From: an uncultured Bacteroidales bacterium
GTDB lineage: Bacteria; Bacteroidota; Bacteroidia; Bacteroidales; WCHB1-69
Direction of reading: 5' to 3'
NCBI GenBank assembly: GCA_905236885.1
Contig: CAJOQK010000121.1
Coordinates: 1 to 41,665, forward strand
Length of the DNA: 41,665 nucleotides
The notes under the pieces: generated by a model
What the model saw: the letters and a program-made list of their open reading frames with translations, nothing else
Told to the model about the DNA's origin: nothing
Database searches by the model: none
Program-made: the position numbers and the translations under genes
Shown here: piece after piece, positions 26,832 to 37,786 of the stretch
How the letters are laid out: every line of letters starts with the position of its first letter
Numbering within the stretch: position 1 is the first letter of the stretch

Positions 26832-29414
26832 ATGGAAGACAACACGAATGATAAATTGCCAGAGGAGGGCCATCCGGAAAAGGAGACAATGACAAATGAC
26901 GAAGGGATGCCGTTGGGACAAATCATCCCTGTGGACATCAACAAGCAGATGAAAAGCTCCTACATTGACTATGCCATGTCGGTGATTGTCTCCCGCGCCC
27001 TGCCGGATGTGAGAGACGGTTTCAAGCCGGTGCACCGGCGTATCCTCTACGCCATGTGGGACACCGGTATCCTTTCCAACCGCCCGACAAAAAAATCGGC
27101 CAGAATTGTGGGTGAAGTACTGGGTAAGTACCATCCACACGGGGACACCGCCGTTTATGACGCCATGGCGCGTCTCGCCCAAGATTGGGTTATGCGCTAC
27201 CCGCTGGTGGACGGTCAGGGAAACTTCGGATCCATAGACGGTGACAGCCCTGCCGCCATGCGTTACACCGAAGCCCGCATGAAGAAGATTGCCGAGGAGA
27301 TGATGGTTGACATAGAGAAGGAGACGGTAGACTTCCAGCCCAACTTCGACGAATCGCTGCAGGAACCTGTGGTGCTTCCGGCCAAAATACCCAACCTGCT
27401 GGTGAACGGCTCTTCCGGAATCGCAGTGGGCATGGCCACCAACATGCCGCCCCACAACCTTTCGGAGGTGGTGGACGGCATCATAGCCTACATCGACAAC
27501 CGCGACATCACCGTGGATGAGCTGATGCAGTATGTCAAAGCTCCTGATTTCCCGACAGCATGCACAATTTACGGCTATGAGGGGGTTAAAGAGGCTTTCC
27601 GCACGGGCCGTGGCCGCATTGTCATGCGCGGCACAGTGGAGACTGAAAACGAACAGCACGCCCACGGCAGGGAACGGCTTGTCATCACCACCATACCCTA
27701 CCAAATCAACAAGGCGGAAATGGTCAAGCGCATCGCCGACCTGGTGAAGGAGGGCAAAATTGAGGGCATATCCGAAATCCGTGACGAATCCAAGAAAAAC
27801 ATCCGCATTGTCATGGAACTGCGCAAGGATGCCATTCCCAATGTGGTCATCAACAAGCTGTACCAATATTCACCGCTACAGTCCTCCTTCGGAGTCAACA
27901 ATGTGGCGCTGGTGGACGGCCGTCCCGTCACGCTGAACTTGAAAGAGCTGATCCACTATTTTGTGGAACACCGTCACCAGATTGTAATCCGCCGGTCCGA
28001 ATATGAGCTGCGGAAAGCGAAGGAACGCGCCCACATTTTGGAGGGTCTGCTGAAGGCGTTGGACATCATTGACGAAATCATCGCCCTGATCCGCGCCTCC
28101 CGTACGGTTGAAGAGGCCCGCAACGGCCTTGTGGAACGCTGGGACTTCTCCGAATTGCAGGCAGCGGCCATCGTTGAGATGCGGTTGCGGCAGCTGACCG
28201 GACTGGAGCGCGACAAGCTGCAGGCCGAATACGACGAACTGATGAAGAAAATCGCCTACCTGCAGGAGGTGCTGGCCAATGAATCACTGCGTATGGAAAT
28301 CATCAAGAACGAAATGCTGGAGGTGAAGGAAAAATACGGGGACGAGCGCAAGAGTCCGATCGAATATGCCGCCACCGACTTCCGGATTGAGGACACAATC
28401 GCCGACGAACGGGTGGTAATCACCATTTCCCATCTGGGCTATATCAAACGGACCAGCTTGGCGGAATACAAGGTGCAGAACCGTGGCGGAAAAGGTTCCC
28501 GAGGCTCCGGCGCAAGGGATACCGACTTCATTGAAAAAATGTACACGGCCACCAACCATAATTACCTCCTGCTCTTTACTGAAAAAGGGAAATGCTTCTG
28601 GTTAAGGGTGTTTGAGATTCCGGAAGACAGCAAGACCTCCAAAGGCCGCGCCATCCAGAACATCATCAACATTCCCGCCGACGACAAAATCAAGTCGGTT
28701 ATCAATGTCAAGAGCTTGACCGACAGGGAATACGTGGAGAACAACTTTGTCATACTCTGTTCCGAAAAGGGTATTATAAAGAAAACCTCTTTGGAAGCCT
28801 ACTCCCGTCCGAGACAGAACGGCATCAACGCCATCACAATCCGCGAAGGGGACAACCTGCTTGAAGCACGGCTGACCAACGGCAAAAGCATCCTCCTAAT
28901 GGCATCACACGAAGGCAAAGCCATCCGTTTCAAGGAGTCAGCCGTCCGTCCGATGGGCAGAAACGCCTCCGGAGTCAAGGCAATAACCCTCGCCTCCGAA
29001 CAGGACAGAGTCATTGGCATGATTTGTGTAGAGAAAGAGGATGACGACGTGCTGGTCGTCTCCGAAAAAGGCTACGGGAAACGTTCCTCCCTCGCCGACT
29101 ATCGGGAGACCAACCGTGGAGGAAAAGGAATAAAGACCATCAGCATTACGGACAAAACCGGAAAACTGATTGCCATCAAGAATGTGAATGACGAGGAGGA
29201 TTTGATGATCATCAACAGAAACGGGGTACTGATCAGGCTTAAAGTAAACGACCTGAGGGTCATGGGAAGGGCCACACAAGGGGTGCGCCTCATCAACCTG
29301 AAACCGGACGATGTGATTGCCGCCGTCACCCAAGTGCCTACGGAAGAGGAAGAGGATATGACACCGGAAACAACCTCAGAAACTACAGAAGAAACCATAA
29401 CAGAAAAAGAATAA
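26832..29414 (+). CDS. gyrA: DNA gyrase subunit A
   Basis: [29 protein letters not shown], GyrA box QNRGGKG, beta-pinwheel repeats. Confidence 0.97.
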   Translation: MEDNTNDKLPEEGHPEKETMTNDEGMPLGQIIPVDINKQMKSSYIDYAMSVIVSRALPDVRDGFKPVHRRILYAMWDTGILSNRPTKKSARIVGEVLGKYHPHGDTAVYDAMARLAQDWVMRYPLVDGQGNFGSIDGDSPAAMRYTEARMKKIAEEMMVDIEKETVDFQPNFDESLQEPVVLPAKIPNLLVNGSSGIAVGMATNMPPHNLSEVVDGIIAYIDNRDITVDELMQYVKAPDFPTACTIYGYEGVKEAFRTGRGRIVMRGTVETENEQHAHGRERLVITTIPYQINKAEMVKRIADLVKEGKIEGISEIRDESKKNIRIVMELRKDAIPNVVINKLYQYSPLQSSFGVNNVALVDGRPVTLNLKELIHYFVEHRHQIVIRRSEYELRKAKERAHILEGLLKALDIIDEIIALIRASRTVEEARNGLVERWDFSELQAAAIVEMRLRQLTGLERDKLQAEYDELMKKIAYLQEVLANESLRMEIIKNEMLEVKEKYGDERKSPIEYAATDFRIEDTIADERVVITISHLGYIKRTSLAEYKVQNRGGKGSRGSGARDTDFIEKMYTATNHNYLLLFTEKGKCFWLRVFEIPEDSKTSKGRAIQNIINIPADDKIKSVINVKSLTDREYVENNFVILCSEKGIIKKTSLEAYSRPRQNGINAITIREGDNLLEARLTNGKSILLMASHEGKAIRFKESAVRPMGRNASGVKAITLASEQDRVIGMICVEKEDDDVLVVSEKGYGKRSSLADYRETNRGGKGIKTISITDKTGKLIAIKNVNDEEDLMIINRNGVLIRLKVNDLRVMGRATQGVRLINLKPDDVIAAVTQVPTEEEEDMTPETTSETTEETITEKE

Positions 29415-29433
29415 ACAATTAAAAACAATCCGT

Positions 29434-30609
29434 ATGAAAAAGTCAGTTATCATCATGATTGCCCTGATAAGCGCGACAACGCTTTTTGCACAAAAGCCTG
29501 CCGTCAATTCAGCGTACACCCACTACAGGAACCAATACTACGACAAGGCGAAAACCGCCATTGACAAAGCCTGCCTGCACCCTGACACCAAGGACGATGC
29601 CAAGACATGGATGTTCAAAGGCAACATCTATCTGATGCTCACCACCAATGAGAAATACAAAAAACTGTGTGAAAATCCGGTGGAAGAGGCCTACGATGCA
29701 TTCATCAAGGCGCAGCAGCTTAACAGCAGCAAGGAGTTCCAGGTGGACATGGGACAGTCCACCCCGGCCAAGGGACTAAGAACCTGCTCCCAATTGCTTT
29801 TCAACCAGGCCATTGACCTGATCAACCATGAAAATTATAAGGAAGCGCTTCGCATTGCGGAAAAATCCTACAAAGGCAATGCCAAAGACATGGATGCGAG
29901 ATACCTTTACGCCCTGACACTGGAACTGACCGGTGACACCGCCAACGCCAAAAACCAGTACCGCTCCCTTATTAATGACAAAACCAACAAGGTGGAGCCC
30001 TACATCCGCCTGAGCCAGATTTACAAGAACGAGAACGACACCACCCACGCCGTCAGGGTGATTGGACGAAAGAGCATCCTGAAAGACACCAACGGCAAAG
30101 TCAATGTGAGCTATGCCATCCATGAAGCGGGCATTTATGTCTGGGCTGGAGAAATGGAAAAAGCCACCATGGTGATGAACAAGGCTTTGGAGGCGGATCC
30201 CGAAAACTACACCCTGCTGGTGAACATGGGAACGGCAATGACCGATGCCAAACAATTTGACAAAGCCGAGGAGCTTTTGATGAAAGCCAACAGCATCAAA
30301 CCGGGCGACTACCTCATTCTCTACAACTTGGGTAACAACTACTACAACCATTACGCGGATATCTTCAACAAGATGAACATTCTGGATGTGAATGAGGAGA
30401 AATTGTATGACCAGTTGAAGGATTCCAGCCAAATCCTGTTGCGCAAGGCCCTGCCCTATCTGGAGCAGGCGGAAGCAATCGACCCCAATGACAAGAACAC
30501 CCTGATTATGTTGAAATGGGTTTATGCCCGCATCTATGCAAAAGAGGGGGATCCCGATTTCAACGCCAAACTGAAAGAGGTGAATGAAAAACTGAATGCA
30601 CTTCAGTAA
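29434..30609 (+). CDS. Exported tetratricopeptide repeat protein
   Basis: Signal peptide; TPR-like helices (AKTWMFKGNIY, ALEADPENY, LYNLG, ALPYLEQA..IDP); follows gyrA as is usual in Bacteroidetes. Confidence 0.85.
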   Translation: MKKSVIIMIALISATTLFAQKPAVNSAYTHYRNQYYDKAKTAIDKACLHPDTKDDAKTWMFKGNIYLMLTTNEKYKKLCENPVEEAYDAFIKAQQLNSSKEFQVDMGQSTPAKGLRTCSQLLFNQAIDLINHENYKEALRIAEKSYKGNAKDMDARYLYALTLELTGDTANAKNQYRSLINDKTNKVEPYIRLSQIYKNENDTTHAVRVIGRKSILKDTNGKVNVSYAIHEAGIYVWAGEMEKATMVMNKALEADPENYTLLVNMGTAMTDAKQFDKAEELLMKANSIKPGDYLILYNLGNNYYNHYADIFNKMNILDVNEEKLYDQLKDSSQILLRKALPYLEQAEAIDPNDKNTLIMLKWVYARIYAKEGDPDFNAKLKEVNEKLNALQ

Positions 30610-30637
30610 TATTCCGGCAGTCCAACCTGCAATATCA

Positions 30638-30676
30638 AAGGGGTGAGGCCACAGCGGCTTCACCCCTTATTCTTTT
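30638..30676 (+). terminator. Rho-independent terminator after gyrA-TPR
   Basis: AAGGGGTGA/TCACCCCTT stem followed by ATTCTTTT. Confidence 0.75.
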
Positions 30677-30690
30677 CCGGAAACTTCCAA

Positions 30691-30710
30691 GGAACTTCTA
30701 AAAATTCCCC
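30691..30710. repeat. Dispersed intergenic motif (GGA)ACTTCTAAAAATT(CCCC); other copies at 6688-6703 and 35419-35435
   Basis: 17-nt identity with 35419-35435; 16-nt identity with 6688-6703. Confidence 0.7.
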
Positions 30711-30737
30711 TTCAAGCCGTTTCTGCCAGAACAGCCG

Positions 30738-31469
30738 CTAACGCAATGAAAAGTTGCTGCCCAAATAGACCTTTCTAACCATGGGGTCGGCAGCCAGCTG
30801 TTCAGGATTGCCCTCTTTGAAAAGCTTTCCCTCCAAAAGCAGGTAGGCATGGTCGGTGATGGCCAGAGTCTCATGAACATTGTGATCGGTAATCAGGATG
30901 CCAATGTTCTTCTCTTTCAGTTTGGAGACAATTCGCTGTATATCCTCCACGGCAATGGGGTCCACACCGGCAAAAGGTTCGTCCAGAAGGATGAACTTCG
31001 GGTCGGCAGCCAGACAACGGGCAATTTCCGTACGTCTTCTCTCACCTCCTGAAAGCTGGATGCCCTTGCTTTTACGGATTTTCTCCAGTCCGAACTCCTC
31101 AATTAGGGATTCAAGTTTTTCCCTTTGCCTTACCTTGGAGAGATTGGTGAATTCAAGCACCGACCGGATGTTGTCCTCCACGGAGAGCTGCCGGAACACC
31201 GAAGCCTCCTGCGCCAGGTAGCCGATGCCATTTTTGGCGCGCTTATACATGGGGTCAAAAGTGATATCATTGTCGTTCAAAAAAATACTGCCTTCATTGG
31301 GCTTAATCAGCCCTACAATCATGTAGAACGTGGTGGTTTTGCCAGCACCGTTGGGTCCCAACAGGCCGACAATCTTCCCCTGCTCCAGTTTCACGGAAAC
31401 ATGATCCACCACCGTGCGCTTGTGGTAAATCTTCACCAAATCTTTTGTCTGTAAGACATTCTCCTCCAT
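30738..31469 (-). CDS. lptB: LPS export ABC transporter ATP-binding protein
   Basis: [42 protein letters not shown]. Confidence 0.95.
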   Translation of the reverse strand: MEENVLQTKDLVKIYHKRTVVDHVSVKLEQGKIVGLLGPNGAGKTTTFYMIVGLIKPNEGSIFLNDNDITFDPMYKRAKNGIGYLAQEASVFRQLSVEDNIRSVLEFTNLSKVRQREKLESLIEEFGLEKIRKSKGIQLSGGERRRTEIARCLAADPKFILLDEPFAGVDPIAVEDIQRIVSKLKEKNIGILITDHNVHETLAITDHAYLLLEGKLFKEGNPEQLAADPMVRKVYLGSNFSLR

Positions 31470-32938
31470 TAGCTGAAAAGTTTGAAGATATCGTTACCGA
31501 TAATCAGTATCATTAGAATGAAGAGCAGCAGCATACCGATGGTCTGGGCATATTGCAGGAAACTTTCAGGAATCTTCTTGCCCGTCACCAGCTCCGCCAA
31601 ACAGAAAAGGGCATGGCCTCCATCCAAACCCGGTATGGGAAGCACATTCATAAAGGCCAAAATCAGGGAGAGCAGTCCGGTAATGTACCAAAAACGGCTC
31701 CACTGCCAAGTTCCTCCATAAATTTGCGCAATACCAATTGGTCCTGCCACCGAATCCTTAACTTTGTCCTCTCCGGAAAAAACTTTTCCCAACCCTTTGA
31801 TATTAAGGTACAACATTGACATGGCATCCTTCCAGCCATAGCGAAGACATTGTCCGGAGGTATAGGGGATGGTCTTGTAATCGGGTGTGCTGGCCAGTAC
31901 GCCCACCAGACCGTTGGAATCGGTTACCAAAACTTTGGAAAGGGTATCTCCGTCACGAAGAATCTGCAAACGGACCTCCTCGCCTTTGAACAAACGGATA
32001 TTTTCAGCAAACGCGCCCCAGCTAGGAGTCAGGATGGTATCGTTGATGGAGAGAATCTTGTCATATTTTTGAAGTCCGGCCTTGTCAGCAGGCATATCGG
32101 ACAGAAGGCTGTCAACATAAAAGGGATAGTTGAACGGCTGAAGGAAGGCTCCGCCTTTTTTTAGCAGGCTGTAGGCCTTGTCGGTGACCACCACATCCAT
32201 GGTGTCGCCTGCCCGCTCCACGGTGACAATTGCGCCAAAATAGATTCGTGGGGAGGTGGCATCCTCAACACGCTCCACCTCTTTCCCATCCACCAGCAAA
32301 ATTTTGTCCCCACTTTGGAAACCGATGGCACGACCGTTGGCGTAGGCATACATGCCATCGGTGACCGCCCTGTTGGGCAAATATTCCTTTTCATACACAC
32401 CCAACAGCATGGCAAAAAGTCCCACGCCTACAATCAGGTTCACAGTCACACCGGCCAGAATCACAATCAGCCGCTGCCAGGCGGGATGAGCCCTATATTC
32501 GTAAGGCTGCGGCTCGGAAGCCAAATTCTCAATGGACTGGGTCTCGTCAATCATGCCGGAAATCTGGCAATAGCCGCCGAACGGCAGCCAGCCTATACCA
32601 TATTCGGTATGTTCGGGATACTTTCTCCAGTCATCATCCGGGAGTTTGGTGACATCTATGATTTTCAGTTTCTTCTTTCCCTTTTCATCCAATACCGGCT
32701 CACCGTTCTCGTCCTTCACCTCCTCGGTGTCCGGCAAATTTCTGGAAAGGAATTTGAAACGCCATTTACCCTGGATTTTTTTGCATTTGAAAAGTGAAAA
32801 ACCGGTGTCGAAAAAAAGATAGAATTTGGTCACACGTATGCCGAAGCAACGGGCCGCCAAAAAGTGTCCGCCCTCATGCACGAAAACCAGAAGCCCCAGC
32901 CCCAAAATCAGCTGGAGTGCCATAATCAATCCGCTCAT
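31469..32938 (-). CDS. rseP: RIP metalloprotease RseP
   Basis: HEGGH, GGY, PDZ domains, [12 protein letters not shown]; downstream of dxr. Confidence 0.93.
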   Translation of the reverse strand: MSGLIMALQLILGLGLLVFVHEGGHFLAARCFGIRVTKFYLFFDTGFSLFKCKKIQGKWRFKFLSRNLPDTEEVKDENGEPVLDEKGKKKLKIIDVTKLPDDDWRKYPEHTEYGIGWLPFGGYCQISGMIDETQSIENLASEPQPYEYRAHPAWQRLIVILAGVTVNLIVGVGLFAMLLGVYEKEYLPNRAVTDGMYAYANGRAIGFQSGDKILLVDGKEVERVEDATSPRIYFGAIVTVERAGDTMDVVVTDKAYSLLKKGGAFLQPFNYPFYVDSLLSDMPADKAGLQKYDKILSINDTILTPSWGAFAENIRLFKGEEVRLQILRDGDTLSKVLVTDSNGLVGVLASTPDYKTIPYTSGQCLRYGWKDAMSMLYLNIKGLGKVFSGEDKVKDSVAGPIGIAQIYGGTWQWSRFWYITGLLSLILAFMNVLPIPGLDGGHALFCLAELVTGKKIPESFLQYAQTIGMLLLFILMILIIGNDIFKLFS

Positions 32939-34095
32939 AATGATAATTGTTGTATTATTTCTGTTGCAATCATTCTCGATTCCTTGTCCGACCGGACAAA
33001 ATCCCCCATTTCAGGCTGTGCGATGAAAGAGGCCTTTGCCAGCACCTTTTCAATCAGCTCCGGAATCTGTAAAAACGATATTTTTTCCTGTAAAAAAGCC
33101 GCAACCGCCACTTCGTTGGCCGCATTCATGCAGCAAGGGGCGTTCCCTCCTTTGCGCATGACCTCATAGGCGATGGGAAGACAACGGAATGTTTCTTCGT
33201 CCGGCTCCTGAAAAGTCAGCGTGTGCCACTCCTTGAAGGAGAGGCTCTGCAACCGGTTCGGCAGCCGGTAAGGATAGGAAAGGGCGTACACAATGGGCAG
33301 CCGCATGTCGGGAACTCCCAACTGTGCCTTCACTGAATGGTCGGAAAACTCCACCATGGAATGGACAATGCTTTGCGGATGCACCACCACCTCAATATCT
33401 TCCACAGGAACCTGGAACAGCCAGTGCGCCTCCATCATTTCCAAACCCTTGTTCATCAAGGTGGCGGAGTCAATGGTCACCTTGCTTCCCATTTTCCAAT
33501 TGGGATGTTTCAAGGCATCGGCAGGCCTGATGTTCTGCAAATCCTCCTTTTTCCTGCCGAGAAAAGGACCGCCGGATGCGGTGAGAATCAGTTTTTCCAC
33601 CGGATTGTGCAGTTCCCCCTGCAAGCACTGGAAAATGGCGGAATGTTCCGAATCCACCGGCAGAATTGGCAGATGCCGTTCCGCCGCCAGCCGTGTGATG
33701 ACACTGCCGCCCACCACCAGCGTCTCCTTGTTGGCCAATGCGATAGGCTTGTCATGCTGCAAGGCGTTGTAGGTGGGACGAAGCCCTGCATAGCCGCTTA
33801 CAGCCACCAACACCATGTCAATGCTGCTCATCTCCACAATGTCAACAATAGACTGGCTTCCGGCAAACACCTTTATGTCATGCGGTTGTAGGGCATCAGC
33901 CACTTTACGGTACAGATTCTCCTCCTCAATGACCACAGCATTGGGCTTGAAATGCAGGGACTGCTGTATCAGCAAATCCGCATTGTGCCGTGCGGTAAGC
34001 ACCTCCACGGCAAACTCCTCCGGAAAAGCCTGAACCATTTCCAAAGCCTGTGTGCCAATGCTTCCGGTTGCTCCTAAAATGGCAATGTGTTTCAT
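32935..34095 (-). CDS. dxr: 1-deoxy-D-xylulose-5-phosphate reductoisomerase
   Basis: LGATGSIG, LANKE, PVDSEHSA, TASGGPF, HPNW.MG.K.TIDSAT..NKGLE, NAANE. ATG 34095 forms an ATGA overlap with the upstream stop. Confidence 0.96.
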   Translation of the reverse strand: MKHIAILGATGSIGTQALEMVQAFPEEFAVEVLTARHNADLLIQQSLHFKPNAVVIEEENLYRKVADALQPHDIKVFAGSQSIVDIVEMSSIDMVLVAVSGYAGLRPTYNALQHDKPIALANKETLVVGGSVITRLAAERHLPILPVDSEHSAIFQCLQGELHNPVEKLILTASGGPFLGRKKEDLQNIRPADALKHPNWKMGSKVTIDSATLMNKGLEMMEAHWLFQVPVEDIEVVVHPQSIVHSMVEFSDHSVKAQLGVPDMRLPIVYALSYPYRLPNRLQSLSFKEWHTLTFQEPDEETFRCLPIAYEVMRKGGNAPCCMNAANEVAVAAFLQEKISFLQIPELIEKVLAKASFIAQPEMGDFVRSDKESRMIATEIIQQLSL

Positions 34096-35264
34096 GCTTT
34101 TTTCCCTTGGGTTATCAGTTGTTCCAAAATTTCCGTGGTCTGTCTCCAATTGTAATGGCTCTTGACAAAGGCCAGAGCCCTGTCCGTCATCTCCTGATAA
34201 TACTCCTCATCCGTCAGAAGGTGGCAGATGGCGTCCGCATAGCCCAAAGTGCTGTTGCAGACCAACAGTCCCCCATTACCTTCCACATGCAGCGGCTTGG
34301 CCGCCAAGGGAGAGGTCACACATGGGACACGCATCGCCATGGCTTCCAACAACTTGTTCTGCAATCCCGTGCCCAAATGCATGGGAGCGACAAAAATCCT
34401 CGCCTGCGCATAATAGTCGCGCATGTCATCCACCCATCCGGTCACTGTGACATGCTCATTCCGTAAAGCCAGCACTTTGGGAGAAGGATTGGCTCCGCAA
34501 ATCACCACTTTAAGCTCCGGATAACGGTCCAACAACGCGGGAACAATCTCCTTGGCAATGAACACGGCGGCATCCACGTTGGGCAGATAGGCCATATTGC
34601 CAGTAAAAATCAAATCATATTTCTTCTCCCTGCCATTGTTTTGGTAATAGGTGAAATCCACCCCGTTAGGAACCACCACAATCTCCTCCGCACGCGGATG
34701 CCGTATGAGCGACCTGTCCACCTCGGTGATTATGGTGCAATGGTCAAACATAGGAAGCATGTCATGCTCAAAGCGAACCACCCGCCGGTATTCCGCCCGC
34801 AGCACGCCACGTTTCCACCATGCCGATTTTGGTATCATGCGGTCAATGCCCTTGGAGAAGACATCCTGGAAATCCAGGGTTTTTGGAAGTGAGAGGTCAA
34901 TGGCATAGGCTGCAGTCCGAATCAACTGGCAGTAAACATGTTCAATCCCTTTCTCCCGAATACTTGCCTGCAATTGGCGTTTGACCTTTTTGCGGAAAAA
35001 ATAGCCGCACTGCAACGGCTTCCCGCAAACAAAAAACAGGAAGGCGTTCCAATAGCGCAGCCACACTGGAAGACGGTAAATTTGCACTGAGGCGCAAAAT
35101 TCGGAGAGTATTTTCTTCGCTTCCGGATGCAACACACTGTCATTTAAGGCATACAGATGGATTTCATGATGGCGGGATAATTCCCGTATCTGATGAAAAG
35201 CCCTTAACTTATCCCCTTTTTCAAGCGGATAGGGTACTCTTGACAATAAAACGGCTATTTTCAA
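34092..35264 (-). CDS. Glycosyltransferase family 4
   Basis: SRVPYP..KGD.LR, VPNGVD, FTGNM.Y.PN, G.QNKLLEAMAM; TTG start. Confidence 0.88.
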   Translation of the reverse strand: MKIAVLLSRVPYPLEKGDKLRAFHQIRELSRHHEIHLYALNDSVLHPEAKKILSEFCASVQIYRLPVWLRYWNAFLFFVCGKPLQCGYFFRKKVKRQLQASIREKGIEHVYCQLIRTAAYAIDLSLPKTLDFQDVFSKGIDRMIPKSAWWKRGVLRAEYRRVVRFEHDMLPMFDHCTIITEVDRSLIRHPRAEEIVVVPNGVDFTYYQNNGREKKYDLIFTGNMAYLPNVDAAVFIAKEIVPALLDRYPELKVVICGANPSPKVLALRNEHVTVTGWVDDMRDYYAQARIFVAPMHLGTGLQNKLLEAMAMRVPCVTSPLAAKPLHVEGNGGLLVCNSTLGYADAICHLLTDEEYYQEMTDRALAFVKSHYNWRQTTEILEQLITQGKKA

Positions 35265-35471
35265 TCCTCTAACGCTTTGACGGTTTATTTACAGTTTACT
35301 AAAATGTAAAATATTTATTTTCAATCAAACAAAATATTACTATCCAAATTGCAAAAGTACATGAAAATCCAATACGGATGGCGCACAAACGACATTTTTT
35401 TCAAAATGACATACGGAGACTTCTAAAAATTCCCCATACGGCAAACAACAGCTCCCCTGTCCGAAGCCGAT

Positions 35472-35506
35472 AAAAAAAGGGAACCGGCACAAGACTGGTT
35501 CCCCTT
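35472..35506 (-). terminator. Terminator of the S46 peptidase gene
   Basis: GGGAACC/GGTTCCC stem followed by U7 on the minus strand. Confidence 0.75.
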
Positions 35507-35528
35507 CTCAAATAATGATTAAAAAATT

Positions 35529-37691
35529 TTATTTAACAATGTTCATCTCCTTTATCAGGTTCTTGGCACCGGCATAGATGTCAATTGTGAAGAGCACATA
35601 GCGCACATCCACGCAGATGCAGCGTTGCAGGTTCTCCTCAAAGTCGATGTCGCCGCTCATGGCTTCGCTGTTGCCGTCAAAGGCCAGACCGATCAGTTCG
35701 CCGTTGGCGTTGATAACCGGTGAGCCGGAGTTGCCGCCGGTGATGTCGTTGTCGGTGATGAAGCAGGTCACCAGTTCGCCCTTTTCGTTAGCATACTGGC
35801 CATAGTTTTTGGCCTGGTACAGCTCTTTCAGACGGGCAGGCACCTCAAATTCAGGATTGTTGGGATCCTCTTTCTCCATCACACCCTCAATGGTGGTGTA
35901 GTAGCTGTAGCTGACCGCATCACGAGGAATGTAGGACTTCACGTTGCCGGAGGTCAGACGGATGGTGGAGTTGGCGTCGGGAGCCATCAGCTTGTCGGGG
36001 TTCATCTGCAACAGGCCGTCCACAAACAGGCGGTCGCCGCGCTCCAGATCCTTGCTCGCATCCTGACGAGCCTTGTACAAATCCCTGTAGGTGCGGATAA
36101 TGCTCAAACCGGTCTGCATGCCCATATCCTTATCCAAGGTTTTCAGGTTGAGGTTCTCACAGAAGGCGTTCAGTTTCTCCTCGGAGGCGAAAATGGTGTT
36201 TTTCAGCATGGCATCCACATATTTTTCAAAACTGCCCTTGTATTTTTTCTCCACTGTGGCGAAAAAGTCAGGATAGTACTTGGAATCCATGTTTTTATAG
36301 ACATACTCGAACAGAGCCACCATGGTTTTGCGGTCGGTCTCCAGATTGAAATCCTTGTAAAATTCTTTGCCACGCGCTTTCACAGCCTCAGCAATCCGGG
36401 CCACCTGGTCGGAGTTGCCGTTTTGGAGCACCGCCTTCAAAGAGGAGCACTGGTAGGCGAACAGCGGCAGCTCGGGGCCGGTGAGCAGCCCTTCGTACAC
36501 ATACTGGAAAGCCTCAGCATACTCGCGACGGGCCTTGTAGGCCTTTTCAATGGCGGGAAGAGCCTCGGCATAGCGGGGATCCTTGCCCTTGGTCCATGCA
36601 GTGTAGTCAGCCTCAATCTGTTTTTTCACCTCCATGGTGCGCAAGGCGGTCAAAGCCTTGTTCTGCTCATCGGAATATTTCCAGTAGTTGGCGCAGGAGG
36701 CATACTTGGAGGCATACTGGATGCGCACTTTCGGGTCGGCGGCCATCTCCGCCTTCCAAACGTTCAGCTTGACGTCGCGGATGTCATGACGCAGACGGTT
36801 GGTCACCTGCATGGTCTCTTCCAGGCCGTAGGAGGTAACGTAACGGTCGGTGGTGCCGGGGAATCCCATCACCATGGCGAAATCACCGTCCTGCACGCCT
36901 TTGATGCTGACAGGAAGGAAGTGTCTCGGTTTCAAGGGCACATTCTCCTTGGCATAGGGAGCTGGGGAACCGTCGGGAGCGGTATAGATACGCATGACGG
37001 AAAAGTCATCGGTGTGACGGGGCCACATCCAGTTGTCGGTGTCACCGCCGAACTTGCCCATTGATGAAGGGGGTGCACCCACCAAACGGACATCTTCGTA
37101 AATGATATAGACAAACAGGAAGAACTGGTTGCCGTTGAACACATCCGCCACGTAGGCATGATAATTGGTCTCCTTCACAGCCTCTTCCGAAAGCTGGTTG
37201 GAAATCTTCTCAATGGCCTTGGCGCGTTCGGCTTCGCTCATGCCGCTGTTCAACTCTTTGAGCACCTGGTCGGTGACATCCTCCATACGGACCAAAATTG
37301 AGGCGGTCATGCCTTCGTTGGGCAGCTCCTGCGATTTGTCGTAGGCCCAGAATCCGTTGGTCAGATAATCATGCTCCACCGAGGAATGCTCCTGGATGCT
37401 GCCGTAGCCGCAGTGGTGGTTGGTGAAGACCAGTCCCTCTCCGGAAACGATTTCACCCGTGCAGAAATGCCAGAATGGGGAACCGGCGTTGCCCAGTCCG
37501 ATAATGGCATCCTTCAGGCTGGAATTATTGACATTGTAAATGTCCTCAGCCGTCAGTTTCAAACCCTGTTTGTGCATCTGCTCCATGTTCTTGTTCAGAA
37601 GCATCAGCAGCCACATACCTTCGTCCGCCCTCACCAAGGTGACATTCACCACGAGAAGCGCACTCAGAATCGTTAATGCTAACTTTTTCAT
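35529..37691 (-). CDS. S46-family dipeptidyl peptidase (DPP7-like)
   Basis: ADEGMW, TNHHC, DNWMWPRH, TGGNSGSPV. AFDGN has Gly at the S1-determining position, which is DPP7-type rather than DPP11 (Arg). Confidence 0.92.
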   Translation of the reverse strand: MKKLALTILSALLVVNVTLVRADEGMWLLMLLNKNMEQMHKQGLKLTAEDIYNVNNSSLKDAIIGLGNAGSPFWHFCTGEIVSGEGLVFTNHHCGYGSIQEHSSVEHDYLTNGFWAYDKSQELPNEGMTASILVRMEDVTDQVLKELNSGMSEAERAKAIEKISNQLSEEAVKETNYHAYVADVFNGNQFFLFVYIIYEDVRLVGAPPSSMGKFGGDTDNWMWPRHTDDFSVMRIYTAPDGSPAPYAKENVPLKPRHFLPVSIKGVQDGDFAMVMGFPGTTDRYVTSYGLEETMQVTNRLRHDIRDVKLNVWKAEMAADPKVRIQYASKYASCANYWKYSDEQNKALTALRTMEVKKQIEADYTAWTKGKDPRYAEALPAIEKAYKARREYAEAFQYVYEGLLTGPELPLFAYQCSSLKAVLQNGNSDQVARIAEAVKARGKEFYKDFNLETDRKTMVALFEYVYKNMDSKYYPDFFATVEKKYKGSFEKYVDAMLKNTIFASEEKLNAFCENLNLKTLDKDMGMQTGLSIIRTYRDLYKARQDASKDLERGDRLFVDGLLQMNPDKLMAPDANSTIRLTSGNVKSYIPRDAVSYSYYTTIEGVMEKEDPNNPEFEVPARLKELYQAKNYGQYANEKGELVTCFITDNDITGGNSGSPVINANGELIGLAFDGNSEAMSGDIDFEENLQRCICVDVRYVLFTIDIYAGAKNLIKEMNIVK

Positions 37692-37786
37692 ATTAAAAAT
37701 TTTTATTATTGAATTAATTTAATTTATACTATTTTTTTAATTTTTTAAATAATAGTTTTTTTTTCAAAAATGTTCAAAAATTCGGA

